64,000 nt of DNA. Source: Eledone cirrhosa (lineage: Eukaryota). This document shows, one piece after another, positions 28,236-41,461 of the stretch. Below the pieces are notes generated by a model. That model made no database searches and was not told the DNA's origin. It worked only from the letters and a program-made list of their open reading frames with translations. Every line of letters starts with the position of its first letter. The first letter of the stretch is position 1. The stretch spans positions 126,542,001-126,606,000 of the forward strand of contig OZ024745.1 in the NCBI GenBank assembly GCA_964016885.1, written 5' to 3'. The translations under genes were made by a program, and so were the position numbers.

Positions 28236-28374
28236 ACTATATTTTGTGTGTCCGTCAGTATGTGTTGTGTTTGTCTTGTAGAGAATTTATATTGTGAAAT
28301 TAAATTAGATAAATTTCAAAATCAAATATATCGGCGTGGGTTCGTATCATTAGCATATGGAAATATGTACTTTT

Positions 28375-28530
28375 CCTTCGCGGGGTTACGATCCTACAGC
28401 ACCCGGGAAAAGTGAAAAACCGCGAATATTGGACGTGATCTATAAAAATGCTTATAAACATCAAGATATAACGTAAAATATAATTTTAAAAAAGGCAGTG
28501 TATGATGCGAAGGGGCGTCTAATACGGTAT
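28375..28530 (+). mobile_element. pogo/Tigger-like MITE fragment
   Basis: TTCGCGGGGTTACG..CCGCGAATATTG. Homologue at 54690-54872(-). Confidence 0.6.
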
Positions 28531-28591
28531 AGTGATATTTATAATTTAGCATTAAAAATATTATATTGTTTCTACTTTTGACACAAGGACA

Positions 28592-28751
28592 GCAATTATC
28601 CCAGTGCATTACTGGTACTTTATCTTATCAAACCCGTGAGGATGAAAGGCAAAGTTAACCTCGGCAGGATTTGAAATCAGACCGTAAAGGTACGTAACTC
28701 TATGCTGGAAAGCATGGAGGCCGAGCCTCTACCGATATTGCCAATCCACCG
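28592..28751 (-). mobile_element. SINE family 1
   Basis: Reverse-complement match to family consensus. Confidence 0.88.
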
Positions 28752-29044
28752 TTGCCACGAAAAAAGCCATAAAAAGTCGCAGAAGATAACTACGATTCCG
28801 CGAATATGCGATGGTTTCTACGATCAATTACAGCAAAGAATTAGCCGTTGATGAATTTGTTTTGCAAGTTTTTTTTTAGTTTTTTTTTTTTATATGAAAT
28901 CGTGTGTTAAAACAAATATTGTTTTATTTGAGGAGAGTCATGTTGTTATAATATTGCCAGAAATATATAATAAAACACACTCCCTGTTTGGTTTGGGTTG
29001 AAATTTCCTAATATATATATATATTTACATATTCAAACATATTG

Positions 29045-29216
29045 AATTGGCAGTATCGGTAGAGGGTCGGACAACCTGCTTTGACGCATAGAGTTACGGC
29101 CCTTGCCATTATAAGTTCAAATCCCCGCCGAGGTTTACTTTGCCTTTCATCCTTATGGGGTCGATAAAATAAAGTACCAGTAATGCACTGGGTACTGCCA
29201 AAAGTAGAAACAATTA
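29045..29216 (+). mobile_element. SINE family 1, subtype B
   Basis: ttgacgcatagagttacggcccttgccatt diagnostic segment. Confidence 0.9.
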
Positions 29217-29409
29217 TTTACATTCTAATCATTATATACACCGGTATTTACATTTGAATTAATATCGTTATTATATAGATTTGTGTGTATAAATATAAAC
29301 CCACAAACACCGATAAACGCATACAAATAGACACGCATATACACACACAAATACTTACATATACATTCACACAAACACACATACATTCACGCAGAGCGAG
29401 GAAAAGGTT

Positions 29410-29637
29410 GGAAGTCTGTTGGCTGTTTTTGCCATAGTTTTTTCACCATTCCGCTTCCTTCATTTTATACACACATACATTCACACACATACACACACAT
29501 ACACACAGACAGCTTTGTGCAAAAGTTGAAACAATTTGATTTTTTTTTTTCTTTCGCCGTAGAATTTTCACCATCCCACTTCCATGTGAACTGACACACG
29601 GACTGACGGACATGATAGACTTTTATTTATATATAGA
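29410..29637 (-). mobile_element. Helitron-like 5' end
   Basis: A|TCTATATATATAAATAAAAG...gtccgtcagtccgt. Confidence 0.55.
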
Positions 29638-30370
29638 TTATTTACAATTTGTGGGTAGGCAGGTCTCACCGGGATAGGTTTGGGGGCGCTGAGGGTATTA
29701 CGTAGCCGTGAGGTGGGTGTTAGCCCAAAACGTTTGAGAACCCCTGATGTACATCATTGTTAAACAATCCAACGTAAGAGCCCACCCCAGATCCACCCAA
29801 CCTGCTAGAAACATCAACCAAACATCTCACAATAACATCATCATATGTTTAACTTGACAATGTAGTGCTAGATACATTATATCCGAGAAAAAAAGATGAG
29901 ATCGTCATGGACGGAATGTCTTTGATCGTAGGCCTGCTCGGTCATGACTGATCCATAGCTAAATATCATCATCAACAATATCTTCGTCAGTTTATGTTGT
30001 CAGTGGCTCTACGATGAATGAGACTTATGGTAAGCATTCATCAGAGTTTCAGTTACAGTGGTTGTAATTCTTCTTGGCTCTTTTTACTCGCCTCCCTCGC
30101 CATCCTCCCGGGTAACACTTTCCCTATTCTGTCCGCTTGAACAACGAGGCATCATGTACCTGAGGTTCTATATGCCAGAGAATGTTCTCCCATATTCTCC
30201 AGGCTTATATCAGTGGAGTAGCGAACATTGGCTCTATCCTATGTACCAGTCAAGAAATGGAATCGATACAATCGACATTTTCCTCTCCACTAAAAGTCCT
30301 GGCCACGTGCCTATGTTAAAAACCTATATACATATCAAAGAAAACAGCTTTCTCCATTTAGTAGGTATTG

Positions 30371-30827
30371 CAGACCTGCCAACCTCTTAAAACTCAAACG
30401 GGGAGTACCATGAAAAAAAGTACCACAATCTAATCTAATATGGCCGAGTTTACCCTCGCAAATAAGAAGAACCAGGGCCACCCCTAGGAGCATTGGATTT
30501 GGTGTACTTCATATTTGTTTCGGTTGCTGAATACAATCAGGCGTCACTGCTTCTCCTGAAGGTCAATAGTTCTCTTCTAACTCAAGCGGGGGCGCCTTTC
30601 CATGGTCAATTTGCATTGATCATTTGCAAAGCTGCATTGTTCTCAAAACCACTACACCAGTATTTTGATGCGTGCAGCTGGAACTACTTCCACCCATTGA
30701 TTTGCGGCAAAATGGGGAGATTTTCCATAATGAAAGCTATACACATTTTTACAAGAGAATATATCTCCCACCCACCCCAAAGTGGGTGGGAGATCTCCTC
30801 ATCGGACGGGAAGAGTTGATAGGTCTG
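30371..30827 (-). mobile_element. hAT-like MITE with ~280-bp extra internal segment
   Basis: Termini and subterminal sequence match the 10645 and 24648 copies. Confidence 0.72.
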
Positions 30828-31182
30828 CTATTTTGGTGTATCTATGTATCGATCCGTAACTTCTATTTAAGTCTAGGCAAGGGCATGTTGGGCATTTTAA
30901 ACCTCGCTGAATACAACTAATTTCTGCCAAAGAGGAAGAAAGAGAGTGAAAGAGAAGTTAAAAATCCATATAGAGGAAGAATAGAACCCAGTACTACACT
31001 GATACTTTATCTATCAACCTCGAAGGAATGAAAGGCAGAGGGCCGCAATGAATATTGGGCATCATTCTATTTGACATTCCAAACGAACCTAGCAATTCGC
31101 AGCCGCCAATATGAAGAAGAACCAGGGTCCACGCAAGTTTTCGCAGAGACGCTTGACGTGCATGCGCACAAGCAAGCAAGCA

Positions 31183-31233
<51 letters not shown>

Positions 31234-31345
31234 TCATGCTCACATACACACACACTAACGCATATACACACACACACATGTGTATATGTGTATGTATATG
31301 TATATAAATATAAGTATATATATATTTATATATATATATATATAT

Positions 31346-31423
<78 letters not shown>

Positions 31424-31874
31424 TCACGCACGCAAAACAATTTAAATTCGTACAGGAAATAAAATTTTGTTACTAGAATGCACTCGTTTACCACACATAT
31501 ATATATATATATATATATATGGATGTGGGGATTGTATGTATGTATATATATATATGTGTGTGTATATGAGTCTGTGGGTGGGTGTGGGTATGTGTAATAA
31601 AATATGTTTTGTAATATTTCTTTCTTTAAAGTAAAAATGAATTAAAAAAAGTATTAAATTTGTATGTATAATGTATGATGAAATGATTAAATAATTGTCA
31701 CGTAGGTAAGTAGGTGTTGGTGGAAGATAATCTCATAAACAAGAAGGAAATACTAAATTTAAATATATTATCCAATGCTTGGAAATATGTTGGTATGGTA
31801 TACTCCTGTATATATCAGCGTAGGGATGTAGTAGTGGCTGGCATACAGCGTTTCTTGGGCATTTTAAACCTGGT

Positions 31875-32050
31875 GGAACCAACCATACAGCGTTTCTTGG
31901 GAATTTTACTGGTACTTTTTTTTTTATTGACCTCGAAAGGATGAATGAAATGTAATGCCGACCTCGGTGGAATTAAAACTCAGAGAACGGAGAGCTGGAA
32001 AGAGTACCGCAAAGCATTCTATCTGACGTTCTAACGACTTTCGTTTCGCC
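31875..32050 (-). mobile_element. Diverged SINE family 2
   Basis: Shares head and central domain with 34370-34685. Confidence 0.65.
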
Positions 32051-32439
32051 AATCGCTGAAGATATGTTATAAAGTGATAAGTTATTCATTCTGATGAATG
32101 TGATGATATATTTCTTGTACTTTTGTCGTTACTGACGATGAGTATTCCAGTTGTTTGATCAACTAGAGTCTCTTTGTGAAATTATCATCCAGGTGACTGA
32201 GCATTCCATAGGAAAATGTACTATTTGAATCTTTCTATGGTAGAGAAAATAAGCACCAATAATTTATTTTGTTTTTCTCTCTTCCCATTCTCATTGCTGA
32301 GGGTCTCAATGCTCATCCTTAAGAAATGTATGTCCATGACTTTCATCTGGAATAAATGATAGCGGGTTGGGGGTTCACGGCTAAAGAACCGCAGCTCATC
32401 CGCTTTTATCACAAGGATGAAGGTGTTGGCCACTTAAAA

Positions 32440-32775
32440 GATTGTCATCAAGGTGACAAAAAAATCCCATCTACCCAGGATTTAAAACCAGAGTGATCCT
32501 TCTCCTAGATAGACTGCCAACGAAAGCTAATGAAATCCGCCTACCCGGTTTTTTTTTTTGGGGGGGGGGGGGGGGCTTACATATATTACTGGATGACCTT
32601 TGACCCTCACATGAGTTTCTCCATATTTAACGGGTTTTTTTCTTTTCATTCCGCAAGGTGTCCAAAAATCACCCCCTCAGCAAGCTTTTTAGGCTTACCT
32701 GTTTAATAGCCGACGCCCGACCGTTGGAAGCTTGTACTAGGTTACATGTGACCAGTAGCACCTGAGAGCTATGAG
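32440..32775 (-). mobile_element. RTE-type 5' UTR remnant
   Basis: ggtgctactggtcacatgtaacctagtaca..ggtcggg matches 12665-12735. Confidence 0.65.
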
Positions 32776-32851
32776 GCATTGTCAAGTACTGGGGCCAATA
32801 TAATCGAATTTCCCTGTTCTCCAATGATAGAAGCAATAACTTATATCTACC

Positions 32852-33030
32852 AGGGTAGTGGATTGGCAGAATCATTAGAGCGTTGGACAAGATGGTTGGC
32901 GGAATTTGTTTCGGTTGTGAACACTTTCAATCCACCTGAGGTCAACTCTGCCTTTTATCCTTCTGGGGTCGATAAAATAAAGTACCACTCAAGTCCTGGG
33001 TCGATTTCATCGACTTTCCCCATCTCTCAA
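32852..33030 (+). mobile_element. Diverged SINE family 1
   Basis: ggattggcagaatc head and central domain. Confidence 0.75.
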
Positions 33031-33051
33031 ATATACCAGAAATATAAATCA

Positions 33052-33566
33052 CTAGCAGTGGTACCCGGCGTTGCACGGGATAAGGTATTGTGAAATATAT
33101 AACCGCCTTAGCTGAGCTTAGTATTGCCACAACCACGGCTGTCAAAGAAGTAAGGGTCTGGTGGTACGTAAGTAAACAACACCGTGACTTAAAACGTGAG
33201 GAAGAAGTTATGTGCACTTACCAACTGTTTGGGGAATGAGTGTGAGATTTGTCTTGAGCAAGGGTGGCAAAATAACCGGAGGCAGCAGACAGCCAGACAT
33301 ACAGACAGATATTATAAGGGCGCGACGTTATATGTATGTATCTATCTAAAAAGAGAAAGACTAAAAATTATAGAGAGAAATCGCTAAATCGCCTAATGCG
33401 GTCCCTAGGGCATTGATAATTTGAAATTAATTTTGCTCAGAACACTCCCTGACACATATGTATTACACGTGTAAAGTTTGAAAACAGTCGGTTGGGTGGT
33501 TCTCTAGTTTTAGGGATTCAAACTCATACACACACAGGCAGACATCCTCAGTTTTATATATATAGA
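33052..33566 (-). mobile_element. Complete non-autonomous Helitron
   Basis: A|TCTATATATATAAAA 5' end, 3' hairpin CCCGTGC-aac-GCCGGG then CTAG|T. 5' homologue at 62840-62995. Confidence 0.88.
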
Positions 33567-33649
33567 TTTTATTGAGTCGTCAAGTATGAAATTTGTAGAA
33601 TTTGTATTTTTTTCTACAAATTTCTACAAGTTTCATACTCAGTGACCCG

Positions 33650-33836
33650 GTGGATTGGCAGTATCGGTAGAGGGTCGGACGCGATGCTTTGCAGCATAGA
33701 GTTACGGCCCTTTATGGTCTGAGTTCAAATCCCGCCAAGGTTAACTTTGCCGTTCATCCTTACGGAGTTGATAAATAAAGTACCAGTAATACACTGGAAT
33801 AATTGCTGGCCTTGTGCCAAAAGTAGAAATAATTAT
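33650..33836 (+). mobile_element. SINE family 1
   Basis: A/B boxes and central domain. Confidence 0.9.
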
Positions 33837-34369
33837 TTAAATACAAAGCTAGTATAATCGAATGTTTACTATTGATTTTTAACATAGACACATGGTCACA
33901 AATGTGTGGGGTGTGCAATATAAGATGAAATGGAATGGGATTGACTTCCGTCGGTTTCGATGATGATGGTTCTAGTTGATGATGATGGTTCAACGAAACA
34001 CACTGCTCACGAAATTAATCTTTAAGTGGCTTGGTATTCCCCAGACACATGCATGTTGTTTTAATATAATTCTCAATGAGATAAAATTAAGCGTGACACA
34101 ATGTGTGACATGGCTGGCCTTTTCATTTAAAGATATAATGAATCCGACGGGCTTCTATGTAGTTTCTGTCTGCTCAGTTTTATTCCCATGGCTTGGGTCC
34201 ACTTGAAGCTATGGTGAATGCACTGGGATCAAAACCGTAAACTTATCATTGCGGAGCGAAATTCTTAATCATTCAACTGCCTTCCTGCCTGCCTGTCTGT
34301 CTGTCTGTCTGTCTGTCTGCATGTCTGTCTGTCTGTCTGTCTGTCTGTCTGGTATGGTCCCGTAACTCC

Positions 34370-34685
34370 TGTGGGAGCCTCAGAAACGCCATATTGACAT
34401 ACGGCGTTTCTTGGACATCTTAAGCCTGGCGGAGCCCATCCTTCTCCAGGCCTGAGTACAGTAGATTTCTTCCAGAGAAAGATAGAAAGTGAGAAATAGG
34501 AAATGAGAAAGAGATATAGAGGAAGAATCAACCCCAGTACTAGACTGGTACTTTTTTTATCGACCTCGAAAGGATGAAAGACAAAGTTGACCTCGGTGGG
34601 ATTTAAACTCAGAGAGCAGAGAGACGGAACGAATACCGCAAAGCATTCTATCCGATCTTCTAACGACTCTGCCAATTCGCCGCCT
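34370..34685 (-). mobile_element. SINE family 2 (same central domain, different 3' tail)
   Basis: Tail caggcctggagaag..ctccgccaggctt..aagaaacgccgtatgtcaat. Copy at 48135-48410. Confidence 0.8.
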
Positions 34686-35097
34686 TATTATGTTGCTTCT
34701 ACATGAGATTAAATAAATAACAGTACTCAGCTGATAATTATTTTATCGACCCTCCTTCCCCAATAGAATAAAAATCGACAGCGAAATTTGAAATCAAAAC
34801 GAAGAGGTATGCAACTAAACACTTTATCCGCCAGTCTACCGAATCTGCCAATCTACTGAATTAATTGCAATGTTAACACATAAGGGAAGACATTTAATAT
34901 GATGAATATATAAAATCCAATTAAGCATAACATCCTTTAGTAAATAGTAATTGCTTGATGTCTGACCTATAAAGATAAAATATAAGAGTACAATATATGT
35001 ATTATACTAGATGTATATGTGTGTATGAGTGAGTACGTATGTATGTCTAGCTATTTAGGTTGATATGTATCTGGTAAGAAGGTAGTTGGGTATGCAT

Positions 35098-35142
<45 letters not shown>

Positions 35143-35182
35143 CGATATTAATAAATGGAAACTATATTTATAAAACCATATT

Positions 35183-35247
35183 TATTTCATTATACATATT
35201 TCAGGGATACCAAATTAAATTATGGTATGCCTTCATCAGATAAAATA
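35183..35247 (-). ncRNA. Type I HHR (family B)
   Basis: UAUUUUAU-CUGAUGA-AGGCAUACCA..UGGUAUCCCU-GAAA-UAUGUA-UA-AUGAAAUA. Helix I is 8 bp. Confidence 0.82.
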
Positions 35248-36217
35248 CAATATACAAATAAGCTTTGACGTACCCTTTTAAAATGCAACCATTATTTTTG
35301 GAAGCCATCCGGATAGTGAGTTGTTTATATTATTTTAATAAGTCATGGTGTTAAGGACAATTATAAAAAGACGGAGAGAGAGAAAAAGACGGAGAGAGAG
35401 AAAGAAAAAACGTGGAGAAATATCGGAGAGAGAGAAATGCATGGAGAAAAAAGAAAGAGATAAATAAAGACAGGAGGAAAGAAAGAAAGAAGAAAAAAGT
35501 AAGAAATAAGAAAAACAGAGGAAAGCAACAGAGAGATATTAAGTCATCAGACAGATAGAAAAACTCAAGAGAGAGAAATATTATATATAGAGAGAGGGAG
35601 ATAATGAAAACTTTACGTCATGTCATATTAAGTTGAGTTAACAATTTATATGAAATGAATAATAAAAATATAAATATTAATATTCATGAATGGGACATAA
35701 ATATATAATATGAGAAATTAAACATTGTTTAATAATGACTATATGAGCTCCGGATTTAACTGTCGAAACGGCTGGAGCTCAGCCATCGGGGTCCTGACTC
35801 TTTTCATATTACCCACTTTACTACCCTAAGCATTAAGTACTCTGGTGCGTTATGGTCCACCTGGTATCTTACCACACCCTCTTTGTTACATATATAGGGA
35901 TCTAGGGATCTAGCTGTTGAAACAGTCGAAGTTCAGTCGTTCAATTGTGTTTGTAACAGATAATCCGTAGGCATCATCAGCAGAAGACTTGATCAAATGT
36001 GACAAACACCTAAAACTAATAGCCACACGAATGAACATTTCACCTCGTGTGCGAGAAGTCAAAAGTGGTGTGAGTGGATAGGCTAGAAACAATAGCCTTA
36101 TTACACCCAACTTATACGCTCACCTAGTTAGGGAGCCGTAATACAAATAAAATGCAGAGTTAATAAAATAACTCATATTGAAACCCTATAATTAACAAGC
36201 TCAAAGTATAAAGTGAA

Positions 36218-36335
36218 GGTGTGTGGCTGAGTGGTTAGAGAATTGGATTCACAATCAGGAGGTTGTGAGTTCAATTCCTGGACCGGGCGATGCGTTATGT
36301 CCTTGAGCAAGACACTTTATTTCACGTTGCTCCTT
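36218..36335 (+). mobile_element. SINE family 3 head
   Basis: TGGCTGAGTGG A box, GAGTTCAATTCC B box, gtccttgagcaagacactt. Confidence 0.8.
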
Positions 36336-36477
36336 CTACGTGGAGTTGAGATCGATAGATAGTATTAGCAATTGGAAAGACTAATGGAGACATTGTTTCC
36401 TCGGTCCGATTTGATGAAAGTCGATCGATATATATATATATAAAGTATAAATACTGAGCATTATATAATAATATATA

Positions 36478-36667
36478 GGGCGGTGGATTGGCAGTATCGG
36501 TAGAGGGTCGGACGCAATGCTTTCCAGCATGGTTACGTCCCTTTACAATCTGAGTTCAAATCCCGCCGAGGTTGACTTTGCCTTTCATCCTTACAGGGTC
36601 GATAAAATAAAGTACCAGTAATACACTGGGTAGTTGCTGGCCTTGTGCCAAAAGTAGAAACAATTAT
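36478..36667 (+). mobile_element. SINE family 1, subtype A
   Basis: TSD approximately attatataataatatat. Confidence 0.92.
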
Positions 36668-36970
36668 ATAATAATATATGTAGTAATAAACACAGTAACT
36701 TGTGTGTCAAAAATTACGAGGGTTGAAATACCGTGAGAGTGAGAGAGAGAGAGATGTGTGTGTGTGTGTAATTTTATATATGTCATAAGTACGTAAATAT
36801 ACAAAAACGCAGTCTATGTATTAACAAAATGTTACACAGATTGATGTGTAATTCCAGGTCAATTCACATCAGGCAGACTTACATTGAAATGCATTTCAGT
36901 CTTTTTTACTGGCCAATCTAGGACTATCTTTTCAAATGGGTAGTCATCTTATTACTAGGACGGTGCTGTA

Positions 36971-37190
36971 GGGCTGTGGATTGGCAGTATCGGTAGAGTC
37001 GGACACCATGCTTTGCAGCATAGAGTTACGGCTCTTTATGATCTGAGTTCAAATCCCGCCGAGGTTAACTTTGCCTTTCATCCTTACGGGGTCGATAAAA
37101 TAAAGTACCAGTAATGCACTGAAGTAGATTTAATCGACTTTCCCCTCGCACAAAATTGATGGCCTTGTGCCTATATAAGAAACCATTATT
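36971..37190 (+). mobile_element. SINE family 1 long-tail variant
   Basis: Same structure as 16805. Confidence 0.88.
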
Positions 37191-37719
37191 AGGGCGGTGA
37201 TCGATTATTTGAGGGATATTTGGCTACTATTTCTAGTAGATCGTGTGGCCATGTAGTGGTTCCCCCGCTAGCTTGAATGCATATGTTTGATATATACAAT
37301 ACTTGATTAAATATTAAACGGCGTTGACGTGATAAAAACATGTTTCTAAGAACGTATGGAGTACCTCAATTGTTGTAAATCATAATTGTAGCAGATGGAA
37401 CATATAACCAAACAAAACTCGAGATGAAAAATAATACAAGAGGATATCTTAAAAGATAAATAGTCCAAATTACTGATATTTTGTATACAATGTATACTTT
37501 TATATATTCTATACATTATTTATTTATTACCTGTTTCATTTATTATACATCTCTCTCTCTCTCTCTATCTATCTCTCTCACTATTTATCTTGGTTTGCGA
37601 ACATTGTAGCTATGTTGTAAGAAAAGATATATATCAACTTATATATTTACTCTATTATAAATATTGTATCCTTCCTCGTTATGGACTACTAACATCATGA
37701 GATCAGAACCCAACACATA

Positions 37720-37806
<87 letters not shown>

Positions 37807-37868
37807 TATGGTGAAAGCAGAAATTGTTTATTTAAACATTTAATCTGTGGAAATATATATTTATGTGG

Positions 37869-37904
<36 letters not shown>

Positions 37905-38026
37905 TTAGGATAAATATTGATGCAATTCAATTCAAGCACTCAACGTACTTTTTCCACATAGGAGTGACGGAGTAAATATCGAATAAGTAAAAGCGAAGTA
38001 GTTTCAGATTTTCAAGTCCTTTAATA

Positions 38027-38216
38027 ATAATTGTTTCTACTTTAGGCACAAGGCCAGCAATTACCCAGTACATTACTGGTACTTTATTTTATCGACCCTG
38101 TAAGGATGAAAGGCAAAGTTAACCTCGGTGGGATTTGAACTCAGACTGTAAAGGGACGTAACTATGCTAGAAAGCATGGCGTCCAACCCTCTACCGATAC
38201 TGCCAATTCACCGCCC
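38027..38216 (-). mobile_element. SINE family 1, subtype A-like
   Basis: Flanking duplication ttcaagtcctttaataataat. Confidence 0.9.
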
Positions 38217-38245
38217 TCTAATAATTCAAGTCCTTTAATAATAAT

Positions 38246-38319
38246 GCTGTGATATATATTTCAATGACGACACTGGCCACACTGTTCTGTGTGCGAGTGT
38301 CGTGACATCATCAGACAGC
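38246..38319 (-). ncRNA. Type I HHR, extended helix II
   Basis: Inverted copy of 38714-38787. Confidence 0.78.
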
Positions 38320-38713
38320 TTGTTACATAATAAGGTTATGTTTCCGAGGCAATCCAAGTTGAATCGACATGGGAACGGACGAAGTGTGTGCTTTTGGGTT
38401 CTTCATCCGTTCCCCTGTGAGTACCAATTCACCCCCACCGGTCTGCGCAGGCGCATGTCCGAAGGAAGTTGACCATTAGCTACCGCAGATTTCAACGAAA
38501 TTCGCTTAGTCAGTTCACCCTCTCAGCCAAACAATGACCCATTTAGGCCTTTACCATATTTTACTGCTACCCGTCCCGTCTATGGCAGTCAGCCGAAAGC
38601 GAGAGGGGATGGGAGAGTGTTAGTTTTTACAGGTCACAATACTACCTCTCACCAAGCATGGACAGTACGACTAACTTGGATTGCCTCGGAAACATAACCT
38701 TATTATGTAACAA

Positions 38714-38787
38714 GCTGTCTGATGATTTCACGACACACGCACACAGAACAGTGTGGCCAGTGTCGTCATTGAAATATATATCACAGC
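38714..38787 (+). ncRNA. Type I HHR, extended helix II
   Basis: GCUGU-CUGAUGA-..ACGACAC..CACAC-agaaca-GUGUG..GUGUCGU..-GAAA-UAUAUA-UC-ACAGC. Confidence 0.78.
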
Positions 38788-39378
38788 ATTATTATTAAAG
38801 GACTTGAATTATTATAAATTTATCCCTATAAGTATACCTATCAATTAATTTAATTTCTTGTTATAGATCTAGATTCCTTGTGGTTTAAATAAGATTGGTA
38901 TTTCTCACCCTAAAATTTAACTTTCCTTCGTTTTTAACGCTATTCTTTAATAACATCACATTTTCGTGTACCCTTCACCGGCTTTACCTCTTTTCATCCC
39001 CAAAGTATTCTTTTCATTCAATGTATTCTTTCCATTCAAAACATAAGTCTGCATTCCTCTACACCTAAATTAAATTTCTACTACTAATATTCTATCAACT
39101 TGACCTCTTACTACTTTTCTATTGGTCAATTCAAAACCTGTTCTCAAACAGACCTATTATATTAAATCTTTGTTGGGTTTTTTCAATAAACAAATCTCAT
39201 CATTTCTGAAGACAACTATGTGAAGGTATGTATATTTCCTCTGATAGTTTGTAATATATTTACATAGATCTATATGATATACATACCACCACACATATAT
39301 ATCCTAGAAACGATCGTAAAATGATGAATTTTTTAATATAAGGAACTTGTTCTTTGTTTTTATTCATTGTTTCTATTA

Positions 39379-39434
<56 letters not shown>

Positions 39435-39594
39435 CCAAAGATCAGTACGGTTCGTTGATTACTCAGCAAATACAATTTTACAATAGATTAGAAGCACCCA
39501 ACAGTAAAGGTTTTCCTGGAGTTTTTAATATAATACTGCCAATACTGGAATTGAATAATCAAGACCGTAGCGGTATGTCATATATCAAATCATA

Positions 39595-39661
39595 TATTTT
39601 GTCTGATGAGGATGTACTGAAAAAAACAACACAGTACCTTTGAAATATATATAATAAAGTA
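39595..39661 (+). ncRNA. Type I HHR (family B-like)
   Basis: UAUUUUGU-CUGAUGA-GGAUGUACUG..CAGUACCUUU-GAAA-UAUAUA-UA-AUAAAGUA. Confidence 0.78.
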
Positions 39662-39739
39662 TATATTTTGATTATGAGAATATTTTTCATTTGTTAACAT
39701 TTTGAATAATATATATATATAGATTCCTTCATTTTGAAA

Positions 39740-40112
39740 TTATATATATATAGATTCCTTCTTCCTCCCGTTAGACCTGTACGAAATTCCTTCCTTGCTC
39801 ACATTCCAACCAGGTTTGATGGTCTTTATTCTCTCTCGTTCACTTCACGATTTCACCGAACTTATATTCATAGAAATTTGGGACTTGATTCTTTCTTCCT
39901 CACTTTGCGTTGCTTCACCATCTTTGTTTGTTTACACTCTCCTGTCCCCTTTATTTACGTGTCCCAACGACTTTTTTTAGCCGTTGCTCGCACCAACCGG
40001 AGGTATATGGTCTTTAAAGCGATTAAATACCAATGATGGTTGGAAGATCACTGATGAAGGACTAACTTTATTCATATGTAACCCATTAGCAACCACACAG
40101 CACGTTTATTCT
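39740..40112 (+). mobile_element. Diverged relative of family C repeat
   Basis: gcacc..gaggtatatg..atcactgatga.ggact..gcaacc shared with 57625-57837(-). Confidence 0.6.
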
Positions 40113-40445
40113 TATATATATATATAAATATATATATAAACAAAATGAATAAATGGAGGAGTTGCAGGTCGTTTAAAACAAAATTTTACTTCTTAAATAA
40201 TGTTTCACCTACACCACACCAAGTAACGTATTTACGTACATATAAGTCGTTAGAGTGGCATAGGATCCCCAGAGAAGATATAGTTGTTTACACAGATGCC
40301 AATCAAAGTTGGTCTAACCAGCCAAACTGGGTGAAAGTTCGTTCAAGGCAGAGTTTAATTAAGATAGGAGTTCAATTACAGTGGATGCAGTACATTGTAA
40401 TGCATTGTTCATGGGTTGTAAGTGTGTGTACTTACTTAAGCAGCA

Positions 40446-40566
<121 letters not shown>

Positions 40567-40623
40567 TGTGTACGTATGCATACTTACTTTTACGTATCAA
40601 CTTTGCTAGAGCGAAAAATAAAA

Positions 40624-40684
40624 TTGTTATTTATATATATTTCAAGGGTACCAAAACTTTGGTATGCACTCATCAGATAAAATA
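40624..40684 (-). ncRNA. Degenerate family B HHR
   Basis: Core CUGAUGA and GAAA intact, helix I mismatched. Confidence 0.55.
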
Positions 40685-40879
40685 CAAAGTTTGTTTTATA
40701 AATTTTGACATAACCAATAAAAGATACCTTAACGGTTCAAGTTTTTCTTGGATATAAATATATATATATTTTATTTAATATCATTGAATGTTATACTCCA
40801 GAAAACTGTCGAGTGCTCTGATTCAGTTATAAACATTTATATTTGTTGAATTACCAACAAATTGAATATCCCTTTTGCT

Positions 40880-40913
<34 letters not shown>

Positions 40914-40917
40914 CATG

Positions 40918-40991
<74 letters not shown>

Positions 40992-41152
40992 AGTAGAAGT
41001 TGTATTTAATTTGTTGGAAGTCCAACAAACATAAATGTTTATAACTGATTTAGAGCACTCAATAATAAAATAATATAATATAATAAAATAAATATGGTTT
41101 TATAAATATAGTTTCCATTTATTTATTGTACATATATATATATTCATTGTAC

Positions 41153-41196
<44 letters not shown>

Positions 41197-41198
<2 letters not shown>

Positions 41199-41400
41199 GA
41201 AAAAGTATGACTCCGACGGCAGAGCTCAAGCCGGTTCGACGGCTATTTCTGGACTAAATTAGAATTTTTAGCCAGGCTAAAAATTCTAATTTCTGCCGTC
41301 GGGGGTCATACTTTTTCCTATTTCTCACTCTACTACCCTAAGTATTGACTACTCTGGTGCGTTATGGTCCATCTGGTTCCTTACCACAATATCTTTGTTA
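41197..41400 (+). mobile_element. Fold-back family F repeat with nested hairpin
   Basis: Outer ~28-bp arms. Inner AAATTAGAATTTTTAGCC-a-GGCTAAAAATTCTAATTT. Confidence 0.75.
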
Positions 41401-41413
41401 TATATATATATAT

Positions 41414-41461
<48 letters not shown>

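Larger units (their letters stand above)
38220..38813. mobile_element. Inverted PLE-like terminal-repeat pair, each arm with an HHR
   Basis: ~140-bp arms 38220-38360 and 38673-38813 around a GC-richer spacer. Confidence 0.85.

Noticed and set aside
35971-36075. Possible host exon ASSAEDLIKCDKHLK...KSG with GTGAGT donor
   Set aside because: Weak acceptor, no recognisable domain and no partner exons.
36218-36290. tRNA gene
   Set aside because: A/B boxes run into a SINE body, with no complete cloverleaf.
39203-39270. HHR-like motifs here and at 20405, 24254 and 50185-50275
   Set aside because: GAAA or core mutated and helix I absent. At best decayed relics.
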